A DNA stretch of 64,000 nucleotides from Eledone cirrhosa (GCA_964016885.1 OZ024744.1:90024001-90088000); one strand, 5' to 3'; shown: positions 1-13,730, counted from the stretch's first letter. Made by a program: numbers and translations. The notes: a model not told the origin generated them from the letters alone.

Positions 1-80
1 TATCCGGGAGCTTCCAACAGCAATGGTTGCATTCTTTAAGGGTATGTCAATATTTATTTATAAAACTTATCTATATTATA

Positions 81-141
81 TTTTATCTGATGAAAGCACA
101 CCATAATTTAACTTGATGTTCTTGAAATATGTATAATGAAA
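81..141 (+). ncRNA. Type I hammerhead-like motif, family A
   Basis: TTTTAT-CTGATGA-weak stem II-GAAA-TATGTA-TA-ATGAAA; homologues at 1890, 23154 and 24749. Confidence 0.55.
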
Positions 142-182
142 TAAATATGGTTTTATAAATATAGTTTCCATTTGTTAATATC

Positions 183-236
<54 letters not shown>

Positions 237-241
<5 letters not shown>

Positions 242-405
242 TAACAGATTAAAGTTTAAGCAAAGAATCGCTGCTTTCACCCTTAACGGGATCTAAACTT
301 TAATCTGTTATTTTAATAAATATTTGCTCTACGGTTCTTATATATTTGATATATATTTTCCTTATCGAGCCCTCTTTGGATTTTAGTCTTCAATTTTATT
401 ATTAT

Positions 406-411
<6 letters not shown>
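237..411 (+). mobile_element. Short copy of the 3' terminus of PLE-2 with an inverted 5' piece, in (TA)n
   Basis: Matches the reverse complement of about 20641-20760; 237-293 is an inverted segment. Confidence 0.8.
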
Positions 412-445
<34 letters not shown>

Positions 446-475
446 CATACACACATATATATATATATTCATATC

Positions 476-529
<54 letters not shown>

Positions 530-615
530 GTAGGTCCCGGGTTGAGTCGGGGATAACCACAGTAAGTAAGGTACTCAATACATGGCAGAGTAAAATTTTT
601 TTATTTTATAGAAGG

Positions 616-666
616 AGCTTCTACAGGACTAGTACTGTTTCATTCAGATGAAATCTTCAGGAAGCT
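616..666 (-). ncRNA. Type I hammerhead ribozyme, family C
   Basis: Reverse complement: AGCTTC-CTGAAGA-TTTC atct GAAT-GAAA-CAG tactagtc CTG-TA-GAAGCT. Confidence 0.8.
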
Positions 667-702
667 TCAGAAATCTTCAGGAAGCTTCAGAAATCCTCAG
701 GA

Positions 703-753
703 AGCTTCCTGAAGATTTCATCTGAATGAAACAGTACTAGTCCTGTAGAAGCT
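703..753 (+). ncRNA. Type I hammerhead ribozyme, family C (inverted copy)
   Basis: AGCTTC-CTGAAGA-TTTC atct GAAT-GAAA-CAG tactagtc CTG-TA-GAAGCT. Confidence 0.8.
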
Positions 754-757
754 CCTT

Positions 758-818
<61 letters not shown>

Positions 819-963
819 GTTAAAATACTGGAGCGTGTTGGAGTTAAACACCCTCTTCGTATTATAGAAATGACAGTAAAAGGTATAGCTCAATGTAGTT
901 AAACAGAGCCGAAAAATTAAGAAAGTAAAACAAAGAAGCCTTCAATACATCAAAAGTCTTTAT

Positions 964-1005
964 TAGCCGACAATGTTTCGTCCTATTAAGGACTCATCAG
1001 GGCAA
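964..1005 (-). ncRNA. Minimal type I hammerhead, family D
   Basis: Reverse complement: GCC-CTGATGA-GTCCT taat AGGAC-GAAAC att GTC-GGC. Confidence 0.8.
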
Positions 1006-1720
1006 TTAAAACAACAAGACGTATTATCGGCAGATACAAGCCGGAAGCTCCGAAGAATATGGAGTGTACATACACTAAAGTATTGCAAGATTATGGGTAA
1101 AAATATATAATAAAAATAATAAAAATATATAATAAAAATTACTAAGGATGTATATAACATTAAGAACCATATTACAAATATAGTCCAAAGCAAAAAAAAC
1201 TAGAGCTAAACAAAGGTGGTTATATAGAGCAGGAATTATATATAATACAATGTAATATAATATAATATACCTTTACCAATATTAAAATTACAATAAAAAT
1301 CAAAAGGTACAATATGCATATGTATATATGTACGCACACGTGCACACACATACACATACAACAATACACATATCCATCTTCAACTGCACAAATTAAACCT
1401 TATTAAGAGTTTGAATATAAAAATAAGCATGATAGGAATGAAAATAATAATAATAATAATAATACTAATACATCTACCCAATATACATGAGGTAATAATA
1501 TGATATAATTATAAGTAGCACATATAATAAATAATAAACAATACAATTATATACTATATAATATAATATAATAGAATAGATAATCTCCGGTTAATTTACA
1601 CAAACAATATAGATGTCACAATAATAATATAATAATAATATACTAACATTTATAATATACAATATATAATGGTACTCAAGTTAACAAATCAATTCATATT
1701 GGGTTACAGAGTAGGTGAGG

Positions 1721-1760
<40 letters not shown>

Positions 1761-1889
1761 AAAGTTTTATTTAAAATTGTTGGGTTACAACAAGTAAATA
1801 TTTTATAACTGATATAAAGCACTCAACAAGTTTTGGAGTAGATATACGATATTAAACAAATGGAAACTATATTTATAAAACCATATTTA

Positions 1890-1951
1890 TTTCATTATAC
1901 ATATTTCGGGGATACCATATTAAAAATATGGCATGCCTTCTTCAGATAAAA
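1890..1951 (-). ncRNA. Type I hammerhead, family A
   Basis: Reverse complement: TTTTAT-CTGAAGA-aggcATGCCATAT tttta ATATGGTAT cccc-GAAA-TATGTA-TA-ATGAAA. Confidence 0.7.
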
Positions 1952-2126
1952 TACAATATATAAGCAGTTTTATAAATAATTTTGACGTACCATAAATATT
2001 GATCAACTTTCATATGTATATATGCTTTCAGTTTAATATGTTCATTGAGCTTTCTTTGATGAGAACATAATCAATATATATTTTATCTGTTTAGATTAAA
2101 CCTAATTATTATAATATATATATATA

Positions 2127-2338
2127 GTGTGGGTGAGTGGTTAGAGAATTGGATTCGCATTCGTGAGGTTGTGAGTTCGATTCCTGGACCGGGCGATGCG
2201 TTATGTCCTTGAGCAAGACATTTTATTTCACGTTGCTCCTTCTACCTGGAGTTGCGCCAGATAGATAGTATTAGCAATTGGAAAGACCAACGGGAACATT
2301 GTTTACTCGGTCCGATTTGACGAAAGTCGATCGTTTGT
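2127..2338 (+). mobile_element. tRNA-derived SINE with CORE-like body
   Basis: A box tggttagag, B box gttcgattcc, tgtccttgagcaagaca CORE-like motif; relatives at 19461 and 48876. Confidence 0.8.
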
Positions 2339-2401
2339 CATATATATAACCTAATTACAGTATATATGTGTATATATATATGTGTGTGTGTGTGTGTATG
2401 C

Positions 2402-2469
<68 letters not shown>

Positions 2470-2850
2470 CAGAGTGTTGTAGAGTGCTTGAAGCATTGTT
2501 GATTAGGAAACACTAACTTGAATAATTTTGAAAGCCATACAATGCACTAGAAAATTAAAATTGCCAAGATAACAACCCATTATCCTTGTGAGAGACTTAA
2601 AGGATCGATCGAAGATGACTTGTTAGGAAGGCAGATTTATGTTAAATGTTACGAAAAGACGTTAAAATTTCGAGCGTGCCTGTTGTGCAATGTCTGCGGG
2701 AAATGTATGATATATGCATGAGTGTGTGTGTGTGATTGTAAGTGTGCTTAGTGGGATGTTTGTATGTGTATGCATGAATGTATGTTTATGTAGTGAAAGA
2801 TGTGTGCGAATATGTATATAATAAAAAGGGGAAAATATGTGTGTGATAAA

Positions 2851-2886
<36 letters not shown>

Positions 2887-3151
2887 TCTAAGTGTGTGTG
2901 TGTGTGTGTGCTTAGTGGGGACATGGATTTAATTTGAATGCACCAGAATGGCTAATTTAAAAGCATGTATTCCAACATCCTAGTAGCCCGTTTCATTCTT
3001 TATTTCAAATTAAATTTATGTATATATATATATAAATGTAAATCTAACTTTTACGAATATTAATAACATGCGATTCGTTTGCAATTATGCAAACAGCCAT
3101 GTCGGTAGAAGACCTCCTCATTCTTGCTCTGGTGTTGGCATATAAACAGAA

Positions 3152-3196
3152 CTGTAGACACTAATGTTTCTGGGTGATTACCCTTCATTAGTACAG
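3152..3196 (-). ncRNA. Hammerhead with a core mutation (CUAAUGA)
   Basis: Reverse complement: CTGTA-CTAATGA-aGGGT aatc ACCCa-GAAACA ttag TGTC-TACAG. Confidence 0.6.
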
Positions 3197-3285
3197 TATA
3201 CTACTTACCTGCCAACTGTTAGAGCTAGTGAAAATATATGATACTTTCTGTAATATACAGTGACTGTAACTATTTGTTAGTTATA

Positions 3286-3442
<157 letters not shown>

Positions 3443-3591
3443 GTGTGTGTATGTGTGTGTGTGTGTGTAAATATATATATATATATATACATATATGTGT
3501 GTGTGTGCGTGTGTGTGCGTGTGTGTCGTGCGTGAGTGTGTATGTGTATACAGTAAAATAACAATTCATATTTTTCTCTTTTTGAAAACAG

Positions 3592-3636
3592 GCACCAAGC
3601 CGCAGTGTGTTTTTGAGTATGATGCTGTCATGACAA
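3592..3636 (+). CDS. Internal exon A of hemopexin-domain (MMP-like) gene: [14 protein letters not shown]
   Basis: Polypyrimidine tract plus cag acceptor, gtaagt donor, 45 nt, phase 1/1. Cys followed by YDAV matches the start of a hemopexin domain. Splices in frame to 13566. Confidence 0.75.
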
Positions 3637-3688
3637 GTAAGTTTAGATGAAGCGTTTATTATGTTTATATATATATATACGTGTATAC

Positions 3689-3745
<57 letters not shown>

Positions 3746-3753
3746 GCGTATAA

Positions 3754-3840
<87 letters not shown>

Positions 3841-3845
<5 letters not shown>

Positions 3846-4600
3846 CGTAAAATAAGAAAATATTTTTTAAAAAATTTAAAAAAAATTTTTTACTTACTTA
3901 CTTAAATTTTCACTCCAACTAATTAGTTTCTGCAATGGGATAAAGACAGTTACGTAATCCAACTGTCGAGAATTCATTGCGTCATCAGGGAGTCTATTCT
4001 CAGCTGAGTCTCCAGGCAATGCGCGGACACTGGCGGCTCATATAAAAATAATAATAATTCGGTAGATAGAACAGCTGGCGAGGACTGGATTCTATGTACT
4101 GAAATTCTCACTGCTTCTAGTCAAATGGCCGATTCTAAAGAATCAATCACGTGACACAGAGGCTAGTTAGAAGGAATGGGATGGTAAGATGACTGACGCC
4201 TACTAACACCCCAAAAAATTTTAGAAGTGGTTTTGGCAGGTTTGCTCGACAAATCAGTGATTTGGAGATAAATATAGATAATTTAATATATCAACTAACA
4301 TAAGCGCACAGATGCACGTCCATGCCAGCAAATACACAGGTTATGTCATAGTACCTAGGTGGTTCAATGCAGGAGGATGCAGAACAATAATATAAAAGAC
4401 GTAAAATAAGAAAATATTTTTTAAAAAATTTTTTTTAATTTTTTACTTACTTACTTTAAAAATATTTTCTTATTTTACGTCTTTTATATTATTGTTCTGC
4501 ATCCTCCTGCATTGAACCACCTAGGTACTATGACATAACCTGTGTATTTGCTGGCATGGACGTGCATCTGTGCGCTTATGTTAGTTGATATATTAAATTA

Positions 4601-4601
<1 letters not shown>
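3841..4601 (-). mobile_element. Family G HHR element: about 554-bp unit, partial tandem plus inverted arm, in (TA)n
   Basis: 3841-3903 is repeated at about 4395-4456; about 4278-4425 is inverted at 4457-4601; a second 3'-end copy lies at 16271-16467. Confidence 0.8.
3912..3993 (-). ncRNA. Type I hammerhead with extended stem II, family G
   Basis: Reverse complement: ACTCC-CTGATGA-cGCAATG..GACAGTT/AACTGTC..CATTGCa-GAAACTA at TAGTT-GGAGT; palindromic stem III. Confidence 0.85.
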
Positions 4602-4643
<42 letters not shown>

Positions 4644-4763
4644 GAATTTGTATTTAATTTGTTGGAATTCCGACAAATATAAATGCTTATAACTGATTTA
4701 GAGCACTCAACAGCTGTGAATTTCCGACCGATAAGGTTTGATTATCATGGATATGTCTTTATT

Positions 4764-4932
4764 TTTGGCACAAGGCCAGCAATTACCCAGTGCATTACTG
4801 GTACTTTATTTCATCGACCCCGTGAGGATGAAAGGCGAAGTGAACTTCGGCGGGATTTGAACTCAGAATGGAAAGGGCCGTATCTCTATGCTGGAAAGCA
4901 CGGCGTCCGACCCTCTACCGATACTGCCAGTC
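4764..4932 (-). mobile_element. tRNA-derived SINE, family 2
   Basis: Reverse complement has B box gagttcaaatcc and the gcctttcatcc..ggggtcgat..aaataaagtaccag body shared with at least 7 copies in the window. Confidence 0.8.
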
Positions 4933-5550
4933 CAGTAATAATAGTGAAAGATTGAAGAGTAACACACCATCGCACTGCTATTAGGTGTCAAACGGCCAAC
5001 TGGTCACTGGATCATAAATCTCTGAACATCTCTTTCACCCTCTTTCCCTGAAACAGCATCAACCCCATTAAGATAGAACAATCAGCAAAACATTTACAAC
5101 ACACGTTTGTCAAACATCCCTTCACAACCCAACCCTAGCCCATAAATCTCATACATGTATCCCCCAATTAATTTTTAATTTATTGCTTTTTTTCTTTTTT
5201 CTTTTATCTGTCACTACATCAAACCCTCTACACGTATCTATGTATATTTCGAATGTGGTTTTTTCATGTTAGCACTAAACCCACCAAGGAATCCTTATAA
5301 GAACACTTACTCACTACCACCACAAACACACTCTGTACTTACATGCTCTCACTTATCCTTATTTATTTATTTATATTTTCTATTTTCTTATTTTCTTACT
5401 TTTTTAATGTATCCTATCTTATCTTTTACTTTTTACATTTTACTTTTTACTTTTTACATCTGTAACTTCTCTACCATATATATTTTATTATTGATTATAC
5501 GCTATTCTTCTATATATGTCTTGCCTCGAGTGAATTATTTTTATATCTAT

Positions 5551-5661
5551 GTACTCTGATGTGTTGACCAGAGGTAAATAATGTATTGGAGATCGAGTGA
5601 CGCAACTTCAAGCGATTAGCGACCTCTAGACTCACCTGATCAATGAAACAATTGTCAGTAC
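5551..5661 (+). ncRNA. Hammerhead with long stem II insertion (core CUGAUGU)
   Basis: GTACT-CTGATGT-GTTGACCAG..(about 65 nt)..CTGATCAAT-GAAAC aatt GTC-AGTAC; the element ends at (TA)n near 5716. Confidence 0.65.
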
Positions 5662-5729
5662 TTGAAACAAAGCCCCTTATTGTACAGCCAACCATGTTAC
5701 TCTTCATTCTTTCACTATATATATATATA

Positions 5730-5993
5730 TTTCGTTTCTGAATTTGTTTAGCAAGATTCTTTATCTGAAAACGTGTGTTGAAACCGATATTGTTATACTT
5801 TGGGAGGGTCATGTTGCCAATAAGAAACACACGCACCAGTTGCTTTCACTTCAATTTATTATAAATTAAATTTATAAATTTAAGAATTTATATATTTCCG
5901 GTTGGTTGGCTGGTTCCACAACCGGACGGTTGTTCATATATTGTCAAAGTTCTTTCGTCACCCATTCTGTGACCTCTTCACTGACTGGGGATT

Positions 5994-5995
<2 letters not shown>
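5730..5995 (-). mobile_element. Family E mini-element, single copy with degenerate HHR
   Basis: Homologous to 24058-24507 and 30909-31425; flanked by (TA)n. Confidence 0.75.
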
Positions 5996-6045
<50 letters not shown>

Positions 6046-6047
<2 letters not shown>

Positions 6048-6318
6048 ACGAAGGAGTTGTGGTAAGGAACTAGATGGACCATAACGCACCAGAGTACTCA
6101 ATACTTAGGGTAGTAGAGTGGGTAATAGGAAAATGTATGACCCCGACGGCAGAGCTCAAGCCGTTTCGACGGCTATTTCTGGACTCAGAAATAACCGTCG
6201 AAACGGCTTGAGTTCTGCCGTCGGGGTTAAATATTTTCCTATTACCCACTCTACTACCCTAAGTATTGAGTACTCTGGTTCGTTATGGTCCATCTAGTTC
6301 CTTACCACACTTCCTTCG

Positions 6319-6322
<4 letters not shown>
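6046..6322. mobile_element. Family F near-perfect fold-back (about 135-bp arms) in (TA)n
   Basis: Arms invert around ggac at about 6181-6184; further copies at 6355-6434 and about 32680-32836. Confidence 0.8.
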
Positions 6323-6358
<36 letters not shown>

Positions 6359-6433
6359 CCCACTCTACTACCCCAAGTATTGAGTACTTTGGTGCGTTAT
6401 GGTCCACCTGGTTCCTTACCACATTTCCTTCGT

Positions 6434-6464
<31 letters not shown>

Positions 6465-6548
6465 TGGCCTCAGCCGGATGGCTGAAACAGGTAAAAGAGT
6501 ATATATATATATTATTTTCAACCGTTCAACAGACTGGCGGTGGTATAC

Positions 6549-6587
6549 AGTCCTGATGAAGGGTAATGACACAGAAACATGTTGATT
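6549..6587 (+). ncRNA. Minimal hammerhead-like motif, family H
   Basis: AGTC-CTGATGA-weak stem II-GAAAC at GTT-GATT; downstream sequence resembles the 11713-12130 element. Confidence 0.5.
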
Positions 6588-6774
6588 TTACCTCAAAGCC
6601 AGTGTTGAACAAACAGGTGACAATCGGTCACCGGCACGGCACAGCTTCAAATCGGGCTGTTTGTTTACAAACGAATCGAACATTATTATTAATGTTCGAT
6701 ATAACCCATACGTACAAATGTATATGTATATATGTGTATGTACATATATATGTGTGTGTGTACGTGTGCATACT

Positions 6775-6856
<82 letters not shown>

Positions 6857-6860
<4 letters not shown>

Positions 6861-7785
6861 TACAGTATTGACGAAGCTTTAGAATACGGCCAAGCTAGCG
6901 TATATGCATAATCGGTCTGTAGCTTGAGCACTCAGATGAGGAAAGACCCCAGAGTAATAACATTACGTTCAGACAGCTTAGCAAATCAGATATAGCGTGC
7001 AAAATATATAACTTACATCGTATATCAACAATATAGATCACATATACACATATAGCATCCAACATCAGCGCTAGGTTTCTGCAAATCCAAGATCGACAAA
7101 TTCCTATTGCAGGAGTCTGCAATATAATGGTTTTTGACGACAGAATATAGGATTTACTTCTTCAGCAAGTCGTTCGTTCTTAGCCTGAGCGGGTATGTTG
7201 TAGCTTTAAATGTCGCCACAGACACGTGGTTTACTCCAAGGGAGGTAACCACCGCTTAGGTGGTGAATTCTAATTTGAGATAAAAGAATGAATCCCTTTA
7301 GACAAACCGAATAAAACACTCAACCAGAAGTTATCAAACAAACTTAAACAATTAATCAATCAATAGAATCATCTAATTAAATTAATCAGTTAATCGTTAA
7401 TTCTAGGAGTAAATATAAATTTTAGCACAGCATTGACGAAGCTTTAGAATACGGCCAAGCTAACGTATATGCATAATCTGTCTGTAGCTTGAGCACCCAG
7501 ATGAGGAAAGACCCCATAGTTATAACATTACGTTCAGACAGCTTAGCAAATCAGATATAGCGGTCGGCAGTCCAGTCGGATCACTAGAGCAACGAAAATA
7601 CAGGACCCAGGAAAAGATTTTATACTGACCCGGACAGAGCGGTGAGGCTGAGTGCAAAATATATAACTTACATCGTATATCAACAATATAGATCACAATA
7701 TCACATCCAACATCAGCGCTAGGTTTCTGCAAATCCAAGATCGACAAATTCCTATTGCAGGAGTCTGCAATATAATGGTTTTTGA
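6857..7785 (-). mobile_element. Partial tandem dimer (about 565-bp unit) of an HHR-like mini-element
   Basis: 6857-7137 recurs at 7422-7785 with an insertion of about 90 bp. Reverse-complement motif CTGAAGA-aGTAAATCC..GGATTTGCa-GAAAC at about 7064-7170. Confidence 0.75.
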
Positions 7786-7882
7786 TACATACATATATAT
7801 ATGGGTGTGTGTGTGTCTGTGTACATTCACACGCACACACACACACACACATATATATATATACACACATATATATATATAT

Positions 7883-7930
<48 letters not shown>

Positions 7931-8190
7931 GAGGAGGACTAGAACTGTTTCATTCGAAGAAAATCATCAGAAAAGCGCTTTTTTGGTGATTTTCTTCGAA
8001 TAAAACAGTTCTAGTCATGTAGAAGCCATTTCTATATTAAACATTTATACTCTCTTATGTATTGAGTACCTTACTTACTGTGGTTACCTCCGACTGAACC
8101 CAGGACACACTTACACACACACACACACACACACTAACACACACACACACAGACACACACAATAAATAGATAGATAGAGAGAGAGAGAGA

Positions 8191-8325
<135 letters not shown>

Positions 8326-8394
8326 AAGGGAGAAGTGACACACGAGTTGATATATATATAATAGTAAAAAAGAAAAGCAGTTTCTCATAGAATA

Positions 8395-9190
8395 GCAAAA
8401 CATTTATTTATAAAAAAAAGAATTTCCGTATTTTTCATACCGGTTTCAGCCTCTGGGCTTCTTCATGCGGCGGAAGTGTATAATGAAATAAAATTGTATA
8501 TTAAGAAGGAGAGACAGAAAATGGGTGTAGTAGTAATACCAGGGCTATGGCAAAGAAGAAAGGGGAAGACGAAGAAGGGGTGGGTGAAGCAGAAGGGGAT
8601 GACGGGAGGTGTAGTAGTAATAGAATCACTATTAATAATAGTAAAGGGAGCCTGTGTAAGGATGTTTTTCATTGATTTGGGTTGTATTTAGCTCTTTATA
8701 ATGTTGTACGTTTCAAGGATTTGGGTCATTCTATTGTCCCTTTTTAGTAAAGGTATGTTCTGGAAGATGGTGTCGAAGGCCTCATTGTTTAGGGGGCTGT
8801 GTGTGGTGGTGATGTATGGTAGGGCTTTCAGTTTCGATTCATTCTTTAGTTTGGGATGTCTAAGTTTCTGGATACTGAGTTGGTATCCATTATTAATTAG
8901 GGATGGTAGGTAATTCTGCTAATGAGTGTGTCCTTTAATTCTTCTAGTGGTATGTAACAGGTGTTTCTATCAGACACTATTGTACAGATCCTTTTAGTGG
9001 CATGAGTTGAATGGAAGATATTGCTTGGAGTCTATGGGCTTATAATATATGTCTGTTTCTATTTTGTTGTTAGTTTTATTTATAAGGATGTCGAGGAAAG
9101 GAAGTTGCTGATGGCTGTATACCATTGTAAATTGAATATTTGTGTTAAGTCCATTTAGAAGTACTTTAAATTCACCCCAAACTGAGGGAC
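8395..9190 (-). mobile_element. Decayed Penelope-type PLE fragment
   Basis: ORF 8994-9251 contains IQFT...LPFLDI...TDIYYKP..S.QYL.F.SCH, the PLE RT C-terminal region. HHR-like ATGAAGA-AGCC caga GGCT-GAAACCGGTA on the minus strand at about 8435-8467. Confidence 0.75.
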
Positions 9191-9350
9191 ACCGAATTGT
9201 AGTAGTAGTAGCAGTAGTAGTAGTAGTAGCAGCAGTAAAAACAAAGACCAAAATCCATAGAGGACTTGATAAGGGTTATATATATATATATATAAAATAA
9301 TTAAGTCAAATATGTAAAATTTGGCTTCGTTTATTACAAATTATAGATAT

Positions 9351-9405
9351 ACTGCTATATATATTTCGGTGACAGCCATCATTGGCTGTGACCTCTTCAG
9401 GCAGT
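9351..9405 (-). ncRNA. Type I hammerhead ribozyme
   Basis: Reverse complement: ACTGC-CTGAAGA-GGTcACAGCCA atga TGGCTGTcACC-GAAA-TATATA-TA-GCAGT. Confidence 0.85.
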
Positions 9406-9590
9406 CCGAATTGGTGTGGGAAAGACAGGTACACATGTTGTTGAAGTGCGTTTTACTCCGTCAATACATCGATATATCCAGCTCTTGGTTGTGTTGTTAT
9501 TCTTCTGAGGAACTGGAATAATATATATATATATATAGAGAGAGAGAGAAGAAGTTTATGAAATGGAAATGCGGGTATAAAGAATTCATT

Positions 9591-9707
9591 AGGTAACAAT
9601 TGTTTCTATAGTGTATGGGTTACCTATACCTCGCTATTTGAATAATATAAAAATATTATCATAAACCGAAGGTACACTGTAAGGAAACACACCATGTCGT
9701 CAGACCT
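9591..9707 (-). ncRNA. Hammerhead with about 90-nt stem II in the PLE-1 3' UTR
   Basis: Reverse complement: AGGT-CTGACGA-cATGGTGTG..TACACTATa-GAAAC aatt GTT-ACCT. Confidence 0.72.
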
Positions 9708-10117
9708 TTGTATTGGAATGATATGAAAATATTTTATACACTAGATAAAAGAGAAAGAAGGAGGTAGGAAGAGAAGGGGGAGAGGGAAGTGAGCAAGGTG
9801 GAGGGAGTCCTAGGATTTAAGACTGTCAGACTAGTAGAGATTGTAAGGAGAGAATGTTTTGGCAGCAGTTAGCTTAATGAGGCGTGTTAGGGTTGGCGGG
9901 AAGTGTAAATTCTTCTAGTGGTGTTGTTCGGACAAAATTTAGTTAAAGGGGTCAAAGTGGTACAGAGTTACAGACAAGTTATTGGGGCTATTATAGTAGC
10001 AGGTTATTTCTAAAGGGGTCCAGAAAACAGTGTTTAGTACTATTATTATAGAAAGCCATATCTTGTGTATAAACATATAAAACAGAAATTTGCAAACGGT
10101 GGTGTAAAAAGGTAACA

Positions 10118-11650
10118 TTATATGCATTTAAAAAAAGAAAAAGTCGTTTTCAAACGATGGTTACAGTATAGTGAACGTTCAATTTTGCTGTTCAAAAGTT
10201 TGTTTACCGACGTTAAAATGCAGTATATCTCCAAATTGCATAATTTGCAGAATCGATGATTTTGCTTATATGCAGGCGCAGCTGCAATAATTTGCCAATC
10301 AAGGGAGAATGCTTGATTGTTCCTCCGGAGCTGCCAGGCTTTATCGGCGAGGGTTGTTACGGAGCGCATTTTCTCGTGTCTGATCGAAGATCGATGTTGG
10401 TATAGGTGAGCTTTGAAAGAAGTTGCGGTACATCCGACGTAATACCATTTGTTGGTTCCGGAATTTATTGTACATCGGTAGACAATATTGCGTGCTAGGC
10501 ACTGGTTATTCAGTGGGCACGTACCTGGTTTGGTGCAGTTACAATTATTTTTATGTTTTGCAGTAGAATCCTGGATAGTTTGGTGGGGTTGTAGTTGCGT
10601 GTTAGTGCGTTGTATGTTGCTATGCTGGTGCGCTGAGTCATTAGGGATGTACTTATTTAGTATTGCTGAGTTGAGTTGTTTAATTAGTTGTTCTATGTTA
10701 GGTGCAGTGGAGTATGAGAGTCTAATGGCGCGCGAGTTAAAGATTTTATAATATTTATGTGAAGTTGTAAGGTGTTTATTAATTAGTGTATAGAATTGTG
10801 AGATAATCTTAGTGCTAATAGAAGTATTGTACACGGGGTTATACCATATGTACTCTCTACGTCTGACTCTATTTGCTGGTTTGCACCTATTAGTATGCCT
10901 ATTGATGTGTGTGTGTGGTGCAATACTAGTTCGACTTAGATGTGTTTTATTCATAGTACTTATGTGGTTATCGTCTAGATATTCTATTTTCTCGCAGTAA
11001 CCAGCTTTTCTAAGTGCGTCATTATAATATTCAGCATGCTCGTTGAAGGTCTGCAAATTAGACGACAGTCGGGAGATCCTTATGGATATATTTTTAGGGA
11101 TAGATTTAATAATGGAATGGGGATGGTTCGATTTTACATTAACGTACTTGAGATTTTCGTTAAGTTTGTGAAATGGCTCTATATTACCGTTATTAAGGTT
11201 GAAGGTGACATCCAAGAAGTTGACCACCTTAAGATTGTGTTCGAAGGTAATATTAAGCCCTAGTTCTAAGAAAAGTTTCCTAATGTTTTTACGTCGCCTT
11301 TCTAGGTTTTGTTTGTTCATATTCTTGACTAATAGAAGTGTATCGTCGCGGTATATTCCGCCGTGGAGGTCCGTAAATTCGCTCTGGAGTCTGTGGGCTA
11401 TATAGATCCCAACCAGATCCGTGACCTCCGCCGAATCATTAGAACCCATCGTAATGTCGAATTCCGAGGGTCTATCTCTGCGGACCCAATAACTATTTTC
11501 AAAGTGCACTACTGTGCGTCTAGCTTCAAGTATAATATTAATTTCCTCGTTTGTGAGGTCCGAGTTAGTCTTAGCGAAAGAGAGGGCCTTATGCAGGGTT
11601 TCGGGTGAAATAGAGGAATAGTATTCATCTATATCGAATTGAATATATAT
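10118..11650 (-). CDS. PLE RT / GIY-YIG endonuclease, 5'-truncated open frame
   Basis: The frame extends upstream of the track start to FDIDEYYSSI. Motifs: ITMGS.DSAE, YRDD, NFLDV, SNHP, CNC-x5-CPL-x3-C, IVY..YVG, CxxCxxE..LLN..CxH. Confidence 0.9.
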   Translation of the reverse strand: MYIQFDIDEYYSSISPETLHKALSFAKTNSDLTNEEINIILEARRTVVHFENSYWVRRDRPSEFDITMGSNDSAEVTDLVGIYIAHRLQSEFTDLHGGIYRDDTLLLVKNMNKQNLERRRKNIRKLFLELGLNITFEHNLKVVNFLDVTFNLNNGNIEPFHKLNENLKYVNVKSNHPHSIIKSIPKNISIRISRLSSNLQTFNEHAEYYNDALRKAGYCEKIEYLDDNHISTMNKTHLSRTSIAPHTHINRHTNRCKPANRVRRREYIWYNPVYNTSISTKIISQFYTLINKHLTTSHKYYKIFNSRAIRLSYSTAPNIEQLIKQLNSAILNKYIPNDSAHQHSNIQRTNTQLQPHQTIQDSTAKHKNNCNCTKPGTCPLNNQCLARNIVYRCTINSGTNKWYYVGCTATSFKAHLYQHRSSIRHEKMRSVTTLADKAWQLRRNNQAFSLDWQIIAAAPAYKQNHRFCKLCNLEIYCILTSVNKLLNSKIERSLYCNHRLKTTFSFFKCI

Positions 11651-12742
<1,092 letters not shown>

Positions 12743-12751
12743 ATATATATA

Positions 12752-12953
12752 TAGTAATAATAATAAAATTGAAGACTAAATCCAGAGAGGGCTCGATAAG
12801 GAAAATATATATCAAATATATAAGAACCGAAGAGCAAATATTTATTAAAATAACAGATTAAAGTTTAAGCAAAGAATCGCTTTGTTAGTTTCAGAAGATC
12901 CCGTTAAGGGTGAAAGCAGCGATTCTTTGCTTAAACTTTAATCTGTTATTTTA

Positions 12954-12960
<7 letters not shown>
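12752..12960 (-). mobile_element. Short copy of the PLE-2 3' terminus plus inverted arm
   Basis: Matches 20641-20772, followed by an inverted copy of about 20727-20808. Confidence 0.8.
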
Positions 12961-12991
<31 letters not shown>

Positions 12992-13047
12992 ATTTCAGGA
13001 CCCTGACGGCTGAGTAACGGTTTAACTGATTTTTACCGCCTCCATTC

Positions 13048-13104
<57 letters not shown>

Positions 13105-13190
13105 GAAAAATTGAACGGGAACAAAACAGAGAGGCAGTACAACAAATGTTTATTAATTTCACGCTCTTGAGAGTGGGGTGGTGGTGGGGA

Positions 13191-13223
13191 ACGACGTTTC
13201 GGGCATAAGCCCTTCTTCAGGTG
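13191..13223 (-). ncRNA. Minimal PLE-type hammerhead
   Basis: Reverse complement: cAC-CTGAAGA-aGGGC ttat GCCC-GAAAC-GTC-GT. Confidence 0.75.
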
Positions 13224-13379
13224 AAAAGTGTGTGGGAAGAGAGTTCAAAGGGTGTGTAGGGGAGTGGTGGAGAGACATATAGCAAAAAGGGGGTGAGAGG
13301 AAACGGTGCAAATGAAATTAAAAATAAAGGCATGATCAAAATGAGTGTGTGTGTGTGTGTATATATACACATACATACA

Positions 13380-13415
<36 letters not shown>

Positions 13416-13565
13416 TAAGTATATATAAACCTGAAGAGCAAATATTTATTATTACTACAGATGAAAAGTTTAAGTAAATAATTTCTGCTTTCACCATAGA
13501 GTTTGATACGCAGGATGGAATAATTTGTTTTCTTTTACGCCTATATTTTTTTCCTCTATTTGCAG

Positions 13566-13730
13566 TGAATAGTGTTACATATGGTTTCAACGGAACCCAA
13601 ATGATGCAAATCGATGACCAAGGGCAGGTAATTGGTGCAGAAACTAATATTTCTTTGTCATATCCAAATATAACAAGTGTGGATGAAGTCACATACAATC
13701 CAAACAATGATTTGGTGTATATTTTTAAAG
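13566..13730 (+). CDS. Exon B of hemopexin-domain gene: MNSVTYGFNGTQMMQ...SYPNITSVDEVTYNPNNDLVYIFK
   Basis: ttttcctctatttgcag acceptor, aag|gtat donor, 165 nt, phase 1/1. TYxFxG, ISxxYP and VD...YIFK are hemopexin blade motifs. Confidence 0.85.

Larger units (their letters stand above)
530..762 (-). mobile_element. Family C HHR-bearing mini-element, fold-back, with 20-bp repeats at the inversion point
   Basis: Arms about 609-666 and 703-762 are inverted; aaatcttcaggaagcttcag repeated about 3 times; relatives at about 7935-8108, 17551-17715 and 31861-31997. Confidence 0.8.
9550..11650 (-). mobile_element. PLE-1: 5'-truncated Penelope-like element, probably Hydra clade
   Basis: RT plus C-terminal GIY-YIG ORF, HHR in the 3' UTR, microsatellite flanks. 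Confidence 0.88.

Noticed and set aside
10118-11650. Naiad-type or selenoprotein PLE
   Set aside because: The endonuclease is C-terminal rather than N-terminal, and there are no in-frame TGA codons.
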